A stretch of DNA of 64,000 nt, from positions 11,904-75,903 of IMG/VR virus record IMGVR_UViG_3300046642_000603; one strand, given 5' to 3'. The position numbers were made by a program, and so were the translations under genes. Positions 28,034 to 37,137 of this stretch are shown here, piece by piece; position 1 is the first letter of the stretch; each line of letters starts with the position of its first letter. The notes beneath the pieces are model-generated. The model saw only the letters and a program-made list of their open reading frames with translations. It made no database searches and had not been told where the DNA came from. Source of the stretch: a virus. Lineage: Duplodnaviria > Caudoviricetes.

Positions 28034-29572
28034 GTGGAACTGTACTTCGGCGGTTCAGAGATTCCCGGCTGGCGCAAGATGCTGGCCGAGGAAGGCGTCG
28101 AGAACGTCTCCCTCTCCTACATGGGGCTGCGGAGGCGGACCAAGTTCTCCCGGCCGTGGCTCATCGAGGACCACTACCTGGAGGGCCAGAAGGTCTTCCT
28201 CGACTCCGGCGCCTACACCGTGAACAAGGCCGAGGACGACGCGTACTCGGTCGGTGAACTCAAGGAGATCGCCGCTCATTACGAGGCGTTCGTCCAGCAG
28301 AATATCGACTCGCTTAATATGGTGTCCGAGTTCGACGCGGTCGTTCTCGGGCGCGAGTGGATAGAGGCCCGGCGCGAGGATTTCTGGGAGGATCTGCCGG
28401 AGGACAAGTTCCTTCCTATCTGGCACGCGGAATGGGGCGTCGATGAACTCGACCGCCTCGCTCAGCGGTATAAGCGTGTCGGAATTACCCAGACGGATTT
28501 GGACGGACGGAATCTCTCTCCCGTTCTCAACGAGATCACCCGGAAATACGGAACCCTGCTCCACGGCGTCGCAATGACGAAGCCTGCGGAAATGGCTGCC
28601 GTCACCTGGGATTCCGTCGCGTCCACCTCCTGGATTTCCCCCTCGCAGTACGGTGACACCATCGTCTGGACCGGCCGGGAATTGAAGCGGTACCCGAAGA
28701 AATACAAGGACCAGGCGCGTAAGCGGCACCGCACGCTTTTCCAGGAAGCGGGCTTCGACCCGGACAAGATAGAGGACGGGGACAACAACGAGGTCCTGCG
28801 GTTCACCATCTGGTCGTGGCAGCAGTTGGCGGCCTCCATCGAGCAGCACCGTGCGCCCGAGACCGAAGCAGTTACTACTTCCGCTTCAGGGATACTCTCC
28901 GCTTTCTCTCAAACGCAGGGGGGCACAGTTGATACGACGACCGGAGAAGTGGTCAACGCCGTAGCAACTCCCACCCCTCGCCGGGACCGCCCGCGTACCA
29001 ACTTGCCGGTGATCGGCGTGGTGCAGGAGAAGGAGGTCTACACCGACCCCGACGACGGCGTGAACAAGGAGCGCGACGTCCCGCTGGTCACCGTCCGCTC
29101 GCAGTCCATGCGGGTCTGCTCGTCCTGCTTCCTCTCCTCGAAGTGCCCGGCCTTCGACAAGGATGCCAACTGCGCGTACGACATCCCGGTCGAGGTGAAG
29201 AGCAAGCAGCAGATGGGCGCGCTCCAGAATTCGCTCATTGAGATGCAGGCGCAGCGGGTCCTCTTCATGAAGATGGTCGAGGATATGACCGGCGGTTACG
29301 CGGATCCGAACCTCTCCGGTGAGATCGACCGGCTCCAGAAACTGGTGAAGGTGAAGACCGAACTGGAGCAGGACTCCTTCTCCGTGAAACTGGAGGCTAA
29401 GGGGAACGGTGCGCAGGCCGGTATGATCAGCCGTCTGTTCGGAAAAGACGCAGGGCAGCAGATGACCGCCTTCGACAACCCCGTGTCGGCGGACCGGATG
29501 ATCGAGTCCGGCAGCGGATTCATCGACGCGGAAATCGTCGATGTACCAACTCTCTACAACCAGGAAGGTTAG
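28034..29572 (+). CDS. TGT/DpdA-like transglycosylase-fold protein fused to a Cys4 domain
   Basis: VFLDSGAYT; LPIWH; LLHGV; DSVASTSW; C-terminal CSSC...CPAF...C. Confidence 0.65.
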   Translation: MELYFGGSEIPGWRKMLAEEGVENVSLSYMGLRRRTKFSRPWLIEDHYLEGQKVFLDSGAYTVNKAEDDAYSVGELKEIAAHYEAFVQQNIDSLNMVSEFDAVVLGREWIEARREDFWEDLPEDKFLPIWHAEWGVDELDRLAQRYKRVGITQTDLDGRNLSPVLNEITRKYGTLLHGVAMTKPAEMAAVTWDSVASTSWISPSQYGDTIVWTGRELKRYPKKYKDQARKRHRTLFQEAGFDPDKIEDGDNNEVLRFTIWSWQQLAASIEQHRAPETEAVTTSASGILSAFSQTQGGTVDTTTGEVVNAVATPTPRRDRPRTNLPVIGVVQEKEVYTDPDDGVNKERDVPLVTVRSQSMRVCSSCFLSSKCPAFDKDANCAYDIPVEVKSKQQMGALQNSLIEMQAQRVLFMKMVEDMTGGYADPNLSGEIDRLQKLVKVKTELEQDSFSVKLEAKGNGAQAGMISRLFGKDAGQQMTAFDNPVSADRMIESGSGFIDAEIVDVPTLYNQEG

Positions 29573-29584
29573 TTAGTACTTCTC

Positions 29585-29734
29585 ATGGACACGCACGTGC
29601 ATGCAGTGTCTTTCGCCGAAAGCGGCGAGAGCACGGCAGAAGAGGTCGAGTGCAAGCGCTGCTACGGCACGGGGGAGGACCGCGACGGAGCGGACTGTGT
29701 CCCCTGCGAGGGCTACGGTACGGTGCTGGTATGA
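29585..29734 (+). CDS. small DnaJ-type zinc-finger protein
   Basis: CKRCYGTG...CVPCEGYG; stop overlaps the next ATG. Confidence 0.55.
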   Translation: MDTHVHAVSFAESGESTAEEVECKRCYGTGEDRDGADCVPCEGYGTVLV

Positions 29735-30114
29735 ACAGATTCCGCCGAGTAAAGGCCGCCCTCATCACAATCGGAATTCTCGCGATTCCTGCGATCGGAC
29801 TTTCCGTGATCCCCGAGCAGGATTCCACCGGGCTTAATACCGGAGTTTCCAGGTCGGTTTCTTCCGGAACAGAGGGGGATTCCAACCCGCAGCCTGTTGC
29901 CACAGTCACCCGGTATGCCGAGGCGCCCGCTAAGCGGAATACGGGCACATGCAAGGTGTCGCTCGTGATCGGGCCCTCGCCCGCCGTACCCGCACCTACG
30001 TCCTCGGCCACGCCTTACGCACCCGTGAATGGGCTCGCACATACGCATTCCGTGCAGGTCAAGATTCCGTGCCCCGTGGAGACGGTGACGGAAACACCAA
30101 CGTCTACCAAGTAA
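29731..30114 (+). CDS. secreted or membrane hypothetical protein
   Basis: signal-like N-terminus; Ser/Thr/Pro-rich. Confidence 0.55.
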   Translation: MNRFRRVKAALITIGILAIPAIGLSVIPEQDSTGLNTGVSRSVSSGTEGDSNPQPVATVTRYAEAPAKRNTGTCKVSLVIGPSPAVPAPTSSATPYAPVNGLAHTHSVQVKIPCPVETVTETPTSTK

Positions 30115-30136
30115 TCCACCGCCTGGTCAACATATG

Positions 30137-30178
30137 AAAGCCGTGAGCTGCCTGTGACGCAGCTCACGGCTTTCTTCG
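30137..30178 (+). terminator. intrinsic terminator
   Basis: AAAGCCGTGAGCTGC...GCAGCTCACGGCTTT followed by T-rich tail. Confidence 0.8.
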
Positions 30179-30199
30179 TTACGTCTCGCAGATTACGTC

Positions 30200-30272
30200 T
30201 TGACGGTTACGGCTTTCGGAGTAGTGTTCTCCCTGTCAACACCAACCGCCCCCACAGCAGGAGGAGCACCCC
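30200..30272 (+). promoter_or_regulatory. promoter + conserved CAACCGCCCC...CAGGAGG leader (first of about 11 copies, to 41570)
   Basis: TTGACG..TAGTGT then ACCAACCGCCCCCACAGCAGGAGG. Confidence 0.75.
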
Positions 30273-30632
30273 ATGACCGACAACAGCGTCCGCGAATACC
30301 TCGCCCTGGAGCAGAAGTACTCCGAGGTGATCCACATCGTCGAGGCCGCCATGAACGGCGAGCGCGTGAACATCACCGACGTGCGCCGCGCCCTCGACGA
30401 CATCTACAACGCGGGCCGCGACAAGGGCCCCGCCATCGAGACCCCGCGCCGTCCGCTGTCCTACGAGATCAGCGACAACATCGTCCTGGTCATGGGCGGT
30501 GGCACCTCCGAGAAGGGCGCCCGCCAGCACACCGAGAACCTGGTCAACGCGGCCAAGGAGCACGGCTTCAAGCAGGGCTACGCCGAGGCCAAGCGCAAGG
30601 TCCTGCTCGCCCTGACCGGCAAGGAGGTCTGA
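30273..30632 (+). CDS. hypothetical early protein
   Basis: follows promoter/leader. Confidence 0.75.
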   Translation: MTDNSVREYLALEQKYSEVIHIVEAAMNGERVNITDVRRALDDIYNAGRDKGPAIETPRRPLSYEISDNIVLVMGGGTSEKGARQHTENLVNAAKEHGFKQGYAEAKRKVLLALTGKEV

Positions 30633-30634
30633 GC

Positions 30635-31150
30635 ATGCGCGACAACCAGAAGTCCAAGGTCTACAGCGCCGAAAACCTCGTCATGGACGTGCTGGCCACC
30701 GTCGCCAAGACCGACGCCCGCACCTTCGACTTCTACGGCTCCGGCCTGGTCCTGCCCGACGAGCGCAAGTTCGGCGACCTCGACGGCGTCCAGCGCTACA
30801 TCGACCAGGTCCTCGGCCTGAACTGGGTACGCGCCACCTGGCCCACCCGGGCCGCCCTGCCGGTCACCGTCCGCGCCAGGAAGGGCGACGCCCACGCCCA
30901 CTACGAACCGCTGCGCCACGTCATCGCCGTCCCCGAGCACCATCGCGGGATCTCCTGGGCCATGCGCGAGATGGTCATCATCCACGAGCTGGCCCACCAT
31001 CTCGCCCGGGGCGGAGAGGTCCACGGCGTGCAGTTCGTCTCCACCTACCTGCACCTGGTCAAGGAACTGGTAGGCGACGAGGTCGGTCTGCTGCTCACCG
31101 ACGCCTTCGCCCGTAACGGCGTCGCCTTCGGCGCCCTCGTCGCCGCCTGA
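30635..31150 (+). CDS. SprT-like zinc metalloprotein (TIGR04338-like)
   Basis: RDNQKSKVYSAE; MREMVIIHELAHHL; HGVQF. Confidence 0.8.
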   Translation: MRDNQKSKVYSAENLVMDVLATVAKTDARTFDFYGSGLVLPDERKFGDLDGVQRYIDQVLGLNWVRATWPTRAALPVTVRARKGDAHAHYEPLRHVIAVPEHHRGISWAMREMVIIHELAHHLARGGEVHGVQFVSTYLHLVKELVGDEVGLLLTDAFARNGVAFGALVAA

Positions 31151-31159
31151 GAGGTCCCC

Positions 31160-31363
31160 ATGCCCATCGAGCCCAAGCGTGAAGCCCGAATCCGTCGCAT
31201 GGTCGCGCACCTCATGAACGAGGCATTGCGTACGGCGCCCATCGCCCCCGAGGACGGGAAGCCCTTCCAGCCTGACGACGTGAACGTCTGGGAGATCATC
31301 TCCTACGTCCGCAACGCCACGATCACCGAATTCCGCGACGCCGTGGAAGACCTGCGTCACTGA
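31160..31363 (+). CDS. hypothetical protein
   Basis: GAGG RBS. Confidence 0.55.
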   Translation: MPIEPKREARIRRMVAHLMNEALRTAPIAPEDGKPFQPDDVNVWEIISYVRNATITEFRDAVEDLRH

Positions 31364-31411
31364 AAGGCCCTCGTGTCTCTCACTGTCCCGCAAGTAATCT
31401 CGCAATAACGC

Positions 31412-31482
31412 TTGACAACGGGTTTCGTGAACCCGTAACGTCTACCTCACACCAACCGCCCCCGTAACAGGAGGAGCCCACG
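31412..31482 (+). promoter_or_regulatory. promoter + conserved leader
   Basis: TTGACA-N18-TAACGT; CACCAACCGCCCCCGTAACAGGAGG. Confidence 0.8.
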
Positions 31483-32340
31483 ATGGCTGACCGCATGCTC
31501 GACAAGCTGGCCAAGATCCTCGCCCAGGCCGAGAACGCCTCGACCCCCGAGGAAGCCGCGACCTACATGAAGAAGGCGCAGTCCCTGGCTACCCTCGGCA
31601 GCATCGACCTCGCCGTGGCCCGGCAGCACACCGCGAAGAAGGAGCAGCGCGAGCAGCCGACCCACAAGATGATCACCATCGGCCAGGCCCGCAAGCAGAA
31701 CAACGCGCGGCTGGTCAACCTGTTCAACGCCATCGCGTACGCCAACGACGTCCGGCTCAACATCGCGAACAACAGCACCTTCGTCATCGCGTTCGGCATG
31801 CCGTCGGACATCGAGGTCGTCGAGGTCCTGTACGCCAGCCTGCTCTTCCAGATGGTCGAGTCCGCCAACGCCTGGCTGAAGACCGGCGAGTACAAGAAGG
31901 AGACGGTCCGGGGCAAGAAGAAGGTCTGGGACGCCTACTGGGGCGAGTGGGACTACGAGACGGTCTACAAGCCCATGGACGGCCGCACCGCCCGCGCCAA
32001 CTTCTACGACGCCTTCACCGGCCGCATCTCCGCCCGCCTGCAAGAGGCCCGCCGGGAGGCCCTGGAGGCCGCCAAGGAGAAGACCTACAGCGTGCCCAGC
32101 ACGGGCGTGGACGGCCGTGAGTACGAGATCGAGGTGACCGCTGCCCTCGTCCTCTTCGACAAGAAGAAGGAGGTCTCCGACTACTTCAACGCGAAGTCCA
32201 CCGCCAGGGGCACCTGGAAGGGCGCCAGCACCACCACCCGCAGCAGCACCGCCCGCAGCGCCGGGGACAGCGCGGCCAGGTCCGCCCGTCTGGGCAGCGC
32301 CAAGGCCATCGGTGGTCAGCGCACGCCCCTCGCCGCCTGA
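31483..32340 (+). CDS. DUF2786-domain protein
   Basis: MLDKLAKILAQAENASTPEEAATYMKKAQSL; FGMPSDIEVVEVLYASLLFQM. Confidence 0.8.
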   Translation: MADRMLDKLAKILAQAENASTPEEAATYMKKAQSLATLGSIDLAVARQHTAKKEQREQPTHKMITIGQARKQNNARLVNLFNAIAYANDVRLNIANNSTFVIAFGMPSDIEVVEVLYASLLFQMVESANAWLKTGEYKKETVRGKKKVWDAYWGEWDYETVYKPMDGRTARANFYDAFTGRISARLQEARREALEAAKEKTYSVPSTGVDGREYEIEVTAALVLFDKKKEVSDYFNAKSTARGTWKGASTTTRSSTARSAGDSAARSARLGSAKAIGGQRTPLAA

Positions 32341-32360
32341 GACCCTAGGAGATCACCAGC

Positions 32361-32591
32361 ATGCGCACCGTCGCCCGCACCGCCACGAAGAAGATCGCCG
32401 CCATCAAGGCCGACTTCACCGACTGCCGCTCCTACGACGGCACGGAGATGGTCTCCGTGGACGCCGACCACGCCTGGCAGGCCCTGACGGCCTACCCCAA
32501 GGCCCGGCTGATCGAGTCCTCGGACGGCACCCGCTACACCATCCAGGTCCACGGCGGCAAGTTCTACCACCTGCGGCGCCCCGCCGCGTGA
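32361..32591 (+). CDS. hypothetical protein
   Basis: AGGAG RBS. Confidence 0.65.
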   Translation: MRTVARTATKKIAAIKADFTDCRSYDGTEMVSVDADHAWQALTAYPKARLIESSDGTRYTIQVHGGKFYHLRRPAA

Positions 32592-32694
32592 TCCTTGCGC
32601 ACCCCCTGCGTACGGGCCGTCCGACTCGACACCTGAGCCGGGCGGCCCGTACGCTTCCCGCGACCATCAATCCCCGCACCAGGAGGAGCCCACC

Positions 32695-33030
32695 ATGCCC
32701 GCGCCCCGCAGCATGTCCCGCAGCGACTACGAGACCCTGTCCGCCGCCCTCGCCGACTCCGACGACCAGGACATCAACGCCCGCCGCAACATCGCCTTCA
32801 ACATCGCCGACGCCCTCACCGGCACGGGCGACCGCTTCGACCCCATCCTGTGGCTGCGCCAGTGCAAGATCGGCCCGTTCTCCCCGGCCGACGTGGCCGA
32901 CTGGTCCACCCGCCTGGACCTGCGCATCAAGGCCATCGGCAAGAAGCGCCGCAACTCCCTGGACATGGGGTACGACATCGAGCAGTACATCGACGCAAGC
33001 GGTTCGCCGATTACGGTTGACAAGGCGTAG
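32695..33030 (+). CDS. hypothetical protein
   Basis: AGGAGG RBS. Confidence 0.7.
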   Translation: MPAPRSMSRSDYETLSAALADSDDQDINARRNIAFNIADALTGTGDRFDPILWLRQCKIGPFSPADVADWSTRLDLRIKAIGKKRRNSLDMGYDIEQYIDASGSPITVDKA

Positions 33031-33087
33031 CCGCCCTCATAGAGTCTTACCTGTCAGCAACAACCGCCCCGAAACAGGAGGCCCCAG
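33017..33087 (+). promoter_or_regulatory. promoter + conserved leader
   Basis: TTGACA-N17-TAGAGT; CAACAACCGCCCCGAAACAGGAGG. Confidence 0.8.
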
Positions 33088-34050
33088 GTGAACCTCACCA
33101 CCGCTACCCCCGTCGAGATCGACACCGTCCTCTCCGACATGTGGGCCGAGCAGCAGGCCGTCGAGCTGCGCATCGCTGGCTACCAGCGCGCCGAGGCCGA
33201 GACCTTCGTGATCATCGAGAAGATCAGGAACGGCTTCCGGCTGCCGCAGTACCGCACCGTCCTCGACGGCATCGAGCTGGTGGAACAGCTCAACCTGCTC
33301 AAGGGGAACATCGAGGCGTACAAGGCCGAGCTGGCCGAGCTGGAGAAGAAGTCCCTCCCCTACGAGAACGAGTACGTCCGTCGCGGCGGCTGGGCCCGAG
33401 TGTTCCTGGCCAAGAGCAGCGACGGCCACGCCCACAACGGCCAGAACTGCTCCACCTGCCACCACGGCGAGTACCGCACGCAGTTCGCCTGGCTGGTCGA
33501 GTACTCCGGCAAGCCGGAGGCCGAGATCGTCGCCGATGCCGGGAAGCGCGCCTGCACCACCTGCTACCCCTCGGCCCCGGTGAACGCCAAGGACACCAAG
33601 ATGTTCACGCCGGAGGAGCGCGAGGCCCAGCAGGCCCGCGAGGAGCGCGAGGCGGAGCGGACCCGCAAGGCCCGGGAGGCGGCCGACAAGAGCATCACCA
33701 CCCCCGAGGGCGAGAAGCTGTACGCGGGCAAGGACCACGACTCCTGGGACGTCTGCAAGACCCTTCGTACCGCCGAGGTCGCCGCGACCGACGCCCTGCT
33801 GGAGGTCCTGCTGGACCAGGCGCGCGAGAACGACCCGGAGTGGGCCCACTACTTCGAGCACAGGTCCTACGCCCAGCGGCAGATGGAGAACACCCGCCAC
33901 GCCTGGTACCTGCTCCGGGCCATCGCCAACAAGAAGGGCCTGACCTTCCAGGAGGTCTTCGAGACCCACGAGAAGAAGGCCCAGGCGAAGCAGCGCAAGA
34001 TCGAGCGCGAGTGGGCGAAGGACACGCGCAACCCGAACCGCGTCAAGTGA
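33088..34050 (+). CDS. hypothetical early protein with Cys/His motifs
   Basis: GHAH...CSTC...ACTTCYPSAP. Confidence 0.8.
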   Translation: MNLTTATPVEIDTVLSDMWAEQQAVELRIAGYQRAEAETFVIIEKIRNGFRLPQYRTVLDGIELVEQLNLLKGNIEAYKAELAELEKKSLPYENEYVRRGGWARVFLAKSSDGHAHNGQNCSTCHHGEYRTQFAWLVEYSGKPEAEIVADAGKRACTTCYPSAPVNAKDTKMFTPEEREAQQAREEREAERTRKAREAADKSITTPEGEKLYAGKDHDSWDVCKTLRTAEVAATDALLEVLLDQARENDPEWAHYFEHRSYAQRQMENTRHAWYLLRAIANKKGLTFQEVFETHEKKAQAKQRKIEREWAKDTRNPNRVK

Positions 34051-34271
34051 AGCCGTAACTCGGAAGCCGTAGGGGAGAACCCATAACCTGGAATCTTCCC
34101 TACGGCCCCGGAGGCACCCGTGAACGACCAGCAGCAGACCCCCGAGCACGTCCGCGCCGTCCAGGAGCGTCGGCGCAGCGGAGCGGCCGGAGGACACGAT
34201 TCCCGCCCCCGCAAGCAGCGAACGCGCAAGACTGCCAAGCACGCAGCCATACGAGACCAGGAGTAGCCACC

Positions 34272-34676
34272 GTGGACGCCAACGCGACCGCCAAGTACAT
34301 CGAGAAGGCCGTCACCGGAGCCGTGGACGGCGCCAACAAGGCCCGCGCGAACTACGCCGACCTGCTGCGCCTCCCGCTCAACGTCGGCAGCTCCATGTCC
34401 TCCCCGCACGTCCTGGACGCCGTCACCCACGCCGAGGCCGTCGCCCTGTCGTTCCTGGAGATCCACGACGTGGCCAACGGCACCCTGGAGCAGGTCGGCA
34501 CGGAGAAGTTCCTGGAGGCCACCGAGACCGTGCGCAAGCGAATCCTGGACTGGCTGCGCACCTCCCGCGTGGAGAACGGCGGCATCGTCCAGGTGCAGGC
34601 CAACGCCCGCCACAACGCCGCCACCCGCGTGCTGTCCGTCACGGACATCATCGAACTCATCGACGAGGAGGACTGA
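34272..34676 (+). CDS. hypothetical protein
   Basis: AGGAG RBS; ORF. Confidence 0.7.
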   Translation: MDANATAKYIEKAVTGAVDGANKARANYADLLRLPLNVGSSMSSPHVLDAVTHAEAVALSFLEIHDVANGTLEQVGTEKFLEATETVRKRILDWLRTSRVENGGIVQVQANARHNAATRVLSVTDIIELIDEED

Positions 34677-34838
34677 CCGTGTGCAAGTGCCGTGCCACCA
34701 CCTACCAGGGGCACCTCAAGAAGGTCGAGCAGGACGGTTACCCGGCCCACGTCTACAAGGGGCACTACTGGGCCCCCAAGGACGACACCGCAGCTCCCCA
34801 GCACTGACCAACCACCCCACCATCAGGAGGGCACCACC

Positions 34839-35189
34839 ATGAAGATCGTCCCCACCAACTGGGCCACCCGCCGCGAGGTCTTCGTCCCCGTCGAGGACGG
34901 GCCGACCATCCCCACCGGGGCCTACTCGGGCCGGGCCAAGGACAAGGAGATGAAGGTCGTCCGGTTCCACCTGACCTACTGGCCGAGCAACGGTGAGTGG
35001 AAGGCCGCGTCCCTGCCGGTCATCGGGGTCCTGCTGAAGCAGGACGGCACGCCGGGACAGGTCGAGCACCTGACCTCCTACAGCCTGGAGAACGACGACA
35101 TCCCGCAGTGGGCGAGGGACGTCGTCGAGCACTTCCGCCCGAAGGAGCCCGCGCCGACCTCGCCGGACTCCCTGGAACTCAGCGTCTGA
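34839..35189 (+). CDS. hypothetical protein
   Basis: leader CAACCACCCC..CAGGAGG. Confidence 0.7.
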   Translation: MKIVPTNWATRREVFVPVEDGPTIPTGAYSGRAKDKEMKVVRFHLTYWPSNGEWKAASLPVIGVLLKQDGTPGQVEHLTSYSLENDDIPQWARDVVEHFRPKEPAPTSPDSLELSV

Positions 35190-35206
35190 CACACGAGGAG
35201 CACGAC

Positions 35207-35449
35207 ATGAGCGAGCAGCCCGAAGAGCTGGAGTGCCTGGAAGACAACACGGGCGCGTGCAGCGGCCCCGTGGAGTTCCGTGACCCGCTGTCCGGCACGG
35301 GCAAGTCCTTCCCGCGCTGCGCCGCCCACTGGTCGGCACGGCTGAAGAAGCAGGAGGAGATCGTCGCCCGGTACGCGCCGTTCTCCGACGTCCCGCCGAG
35401 CGGCTTCGACCCGACGTACGCGGGCGAGCGCTGGGACGAGGACTACTGA
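35207..35449 (+). CDS. hypothetical protein
   Basis: GAGGAG RBS. Confidence 0.7.
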   Translation: MSEQPEELECLEDNTGACSGPVEFRDPLSGTGKSFPRCAAHWSARLKKQEEIVARYAPFSDVPPSGFDPTYAGERWDEDY

Positions 35450-35538
35450 TCGCAAGCACTTTAAGGGGATCGCTTGACGACTGTCGAGCGGTCCCCTTAA
35501 CTGTTGTCTGACAACGCACCCCACACCAGGAGGAGCAG

Positions 35539-35781
35539 ATGGCAGGCAGCCCGTTCCGATCCGTCCTGCTGGCCACGCGCCACGAGGCCGCCGACGAGCT
35601 GATCAGGCAGCGCGAGAAATCGCTGAAAGTCCTGGAGAGCCGCTGGCGCAAGGAGTCCAGGGCAGCCCGCCAGCGCATCCTCATGACCCGCATCCAGGCA
35701 ACACGCAACAGCCTTGTCAGTTGGCAGGACTACATTGCCCAGGGATGCCCCCGCGTCGACAACGCCACCACCCGAGTCTGA
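35539..35781 (+). CDS. hypothetical protein
   Basis: TTGACG promoter and leader upstream. Confidence 0.65.
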   Translation: MAGSPFRSVLLATRHEAADELIRQREKSLKVLESRWRKESRAARQRILMTRIQATRNSLVSWQDYIAQGCPRVDNATTRV

Positions 35782-35795
35782 GCAGGAGCAGCACC

Positions 35796-36008
35796 GTGGA
35801 GAGTTTCAAGGTCTTGTGGACCGACACCAACGGCCACGCGCACGTGTCCGTCGTGAGCTACGACAAGACCAGCGCCGACCGCCGGGCCGGGGAGTTGCGG
35901 GGGACCATGACCAACGTCTCGGTCGTCCCTGTCTTCCCGCCCAACTGGACGTTCGAGCAGCAGCCCAAGGGGCGCATCGTCCAGCGCAGGCACACCGCAG
36001 TCAAGTAA
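35796..36008 (+). CDS. hypothetical protein
   Basis: AGGAG RBS; GTG start. Confidence 0.6.
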   Translation: MESFKVLWTDTNGHAHVSVVSYDKTSADRRAGELRGTMTNVSVVPVFPPNWTFEQQPKGRIVQRRHTAVK

Positions 36009-36093
36009 GTTCAGGGTAGCGCTTGACGAGACGTATTGAAGGCGACTAGCTTCGTCCTGTCACCAACCACCCCGCCCGAATAAGGAGCGAACC

Positions 36094-36516
36094 ATGGTCG
36101 AGGCCACCACCCCCGAGCCGACGTTCACCGCCCAGCTCACCCGCGCACAGGTCACCGCCCTCCTGATCGACGGCAACGCCGTCCACTTCCCCGGCCTGGA
36201 CAGCTCGGACTCCACGGTCAAGTTCTTCGCCGAGCTGAAGGACTGGTACCTGGAGAACAAGACCGACACGGCCCCCGCGTACTGGGCGCAGGTCAAGGGC
36301 CGCCACGAGGGCGCCGGGTGGTACACGGTCGGATCCTCCGAGAAGGATGGCCACGACGCCGCCTGGGGCGAACTGACCAACGAGATGCAGCGCCGGGGCC
36401 TGCGCTACGGCGAGCTGGCCGCGCACATCGCCGACATGGAGAACGGTCACGAGCTGGGCGCCGAGGACGGCACAATGTTCCGCATCCTCAAGCCCGGCCA
36501 GGAGATCACCCAGTGA
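36094..36516 (+). CDS. hypothetical protein
   Basis: TTGACG..TAGCTT promoter and leader. Confidence 0.7.
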   Translation: MVEATTPEPTFTAQLTRAQVTALLIDGNAVHFPGLDSSDSTVKFFAELKDWYLENKTDTAPAYWAQVKGRHEGAGWYTVGSSEKDGHDAAWGELTNEMQRRGLRYGELAAHIADMENGHELGAEDGTMFRILKPGQEITQ

Positions 36517-36974
36517 GTACACCCCCCATGGTCTGCCAGACCTGCAAGCGCCCCCTGGAGCGCCACATCGAGAAGGGGACGGGGGAGGAGTCCTGGCAGC
36601 ACCACGAACAGGACTCCCTCTCCGGGCACAAGGCAATTCCCGTGGAACCCGAGGGCGGAAAAGTCCACGGCCGCTGCGACTTCTGCAACCAGGATCTGGG
36701 AGCGGAAAAGTTCCTCCTGCCGGTGGCGGATTTCGTGGCGGGACGGCATCCGGTCAGCGGCAAGATGCAGGGCTACGAGGGCGACTGGATGGCCTGCGGA
36801 ATCTGCGCCGCGCTGATCGACACCAACCAGTGGTCGGCGCTGCTGCGCAGGGTCCAGCACTCCTGGGAGAAGGACCACGGGATGCCCGCCCCGCAGGACA
36901 AGAAGACCGGCTGGGCCCACCTGTACCGGCTGCTGCGGCGCAACATCACCGGAGCGCTCCGCCCGGCCGAGTAG
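36513..36974 (+). CDS. hypothetical Zn-binding protein
   Basis: CQTC, CDFC, CGIC. Confidence 0.7.
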   Translation: MSTPPMVCQTCKRPLERHIEKGTGEESWQHHEQDSLSGHKAIPVEPEGGKVHGRCDFCNQDLGAEKFLLPVADFVAGRHPVSGKMQGYEGDWMACGICAALIDTNQWSALLRRVQHSWEKDHGMPAPQDKKTGWAHLYRLLRRNITGALRPAE

Positions 36975-36989
36975 GCCCGGGACATGACG

Positions 36990-37028
36990 AAGGCCCCCAC
37001 CGAATCGAGCTGGCCGGTGGGGGCCTTC
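36990..37028 (+). terminator. terminator hairpin (family also at 38820, 42110, 45503, 46270)
   Basis: AAGGCCCCCACCG...CGGTGGGGGCCTT. Confidence 0.75.
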
Positions 37029-37137
37029 GGTGTCCATGAGAACACGCGAAAGCTGCTGAGGCAAACGGGTAGACAACGGCTTCCAGAAGCCGTAATCTCA
37101 TGCGAGTCAACAACCCGCCCCGCATCAGGAGGCCCGC

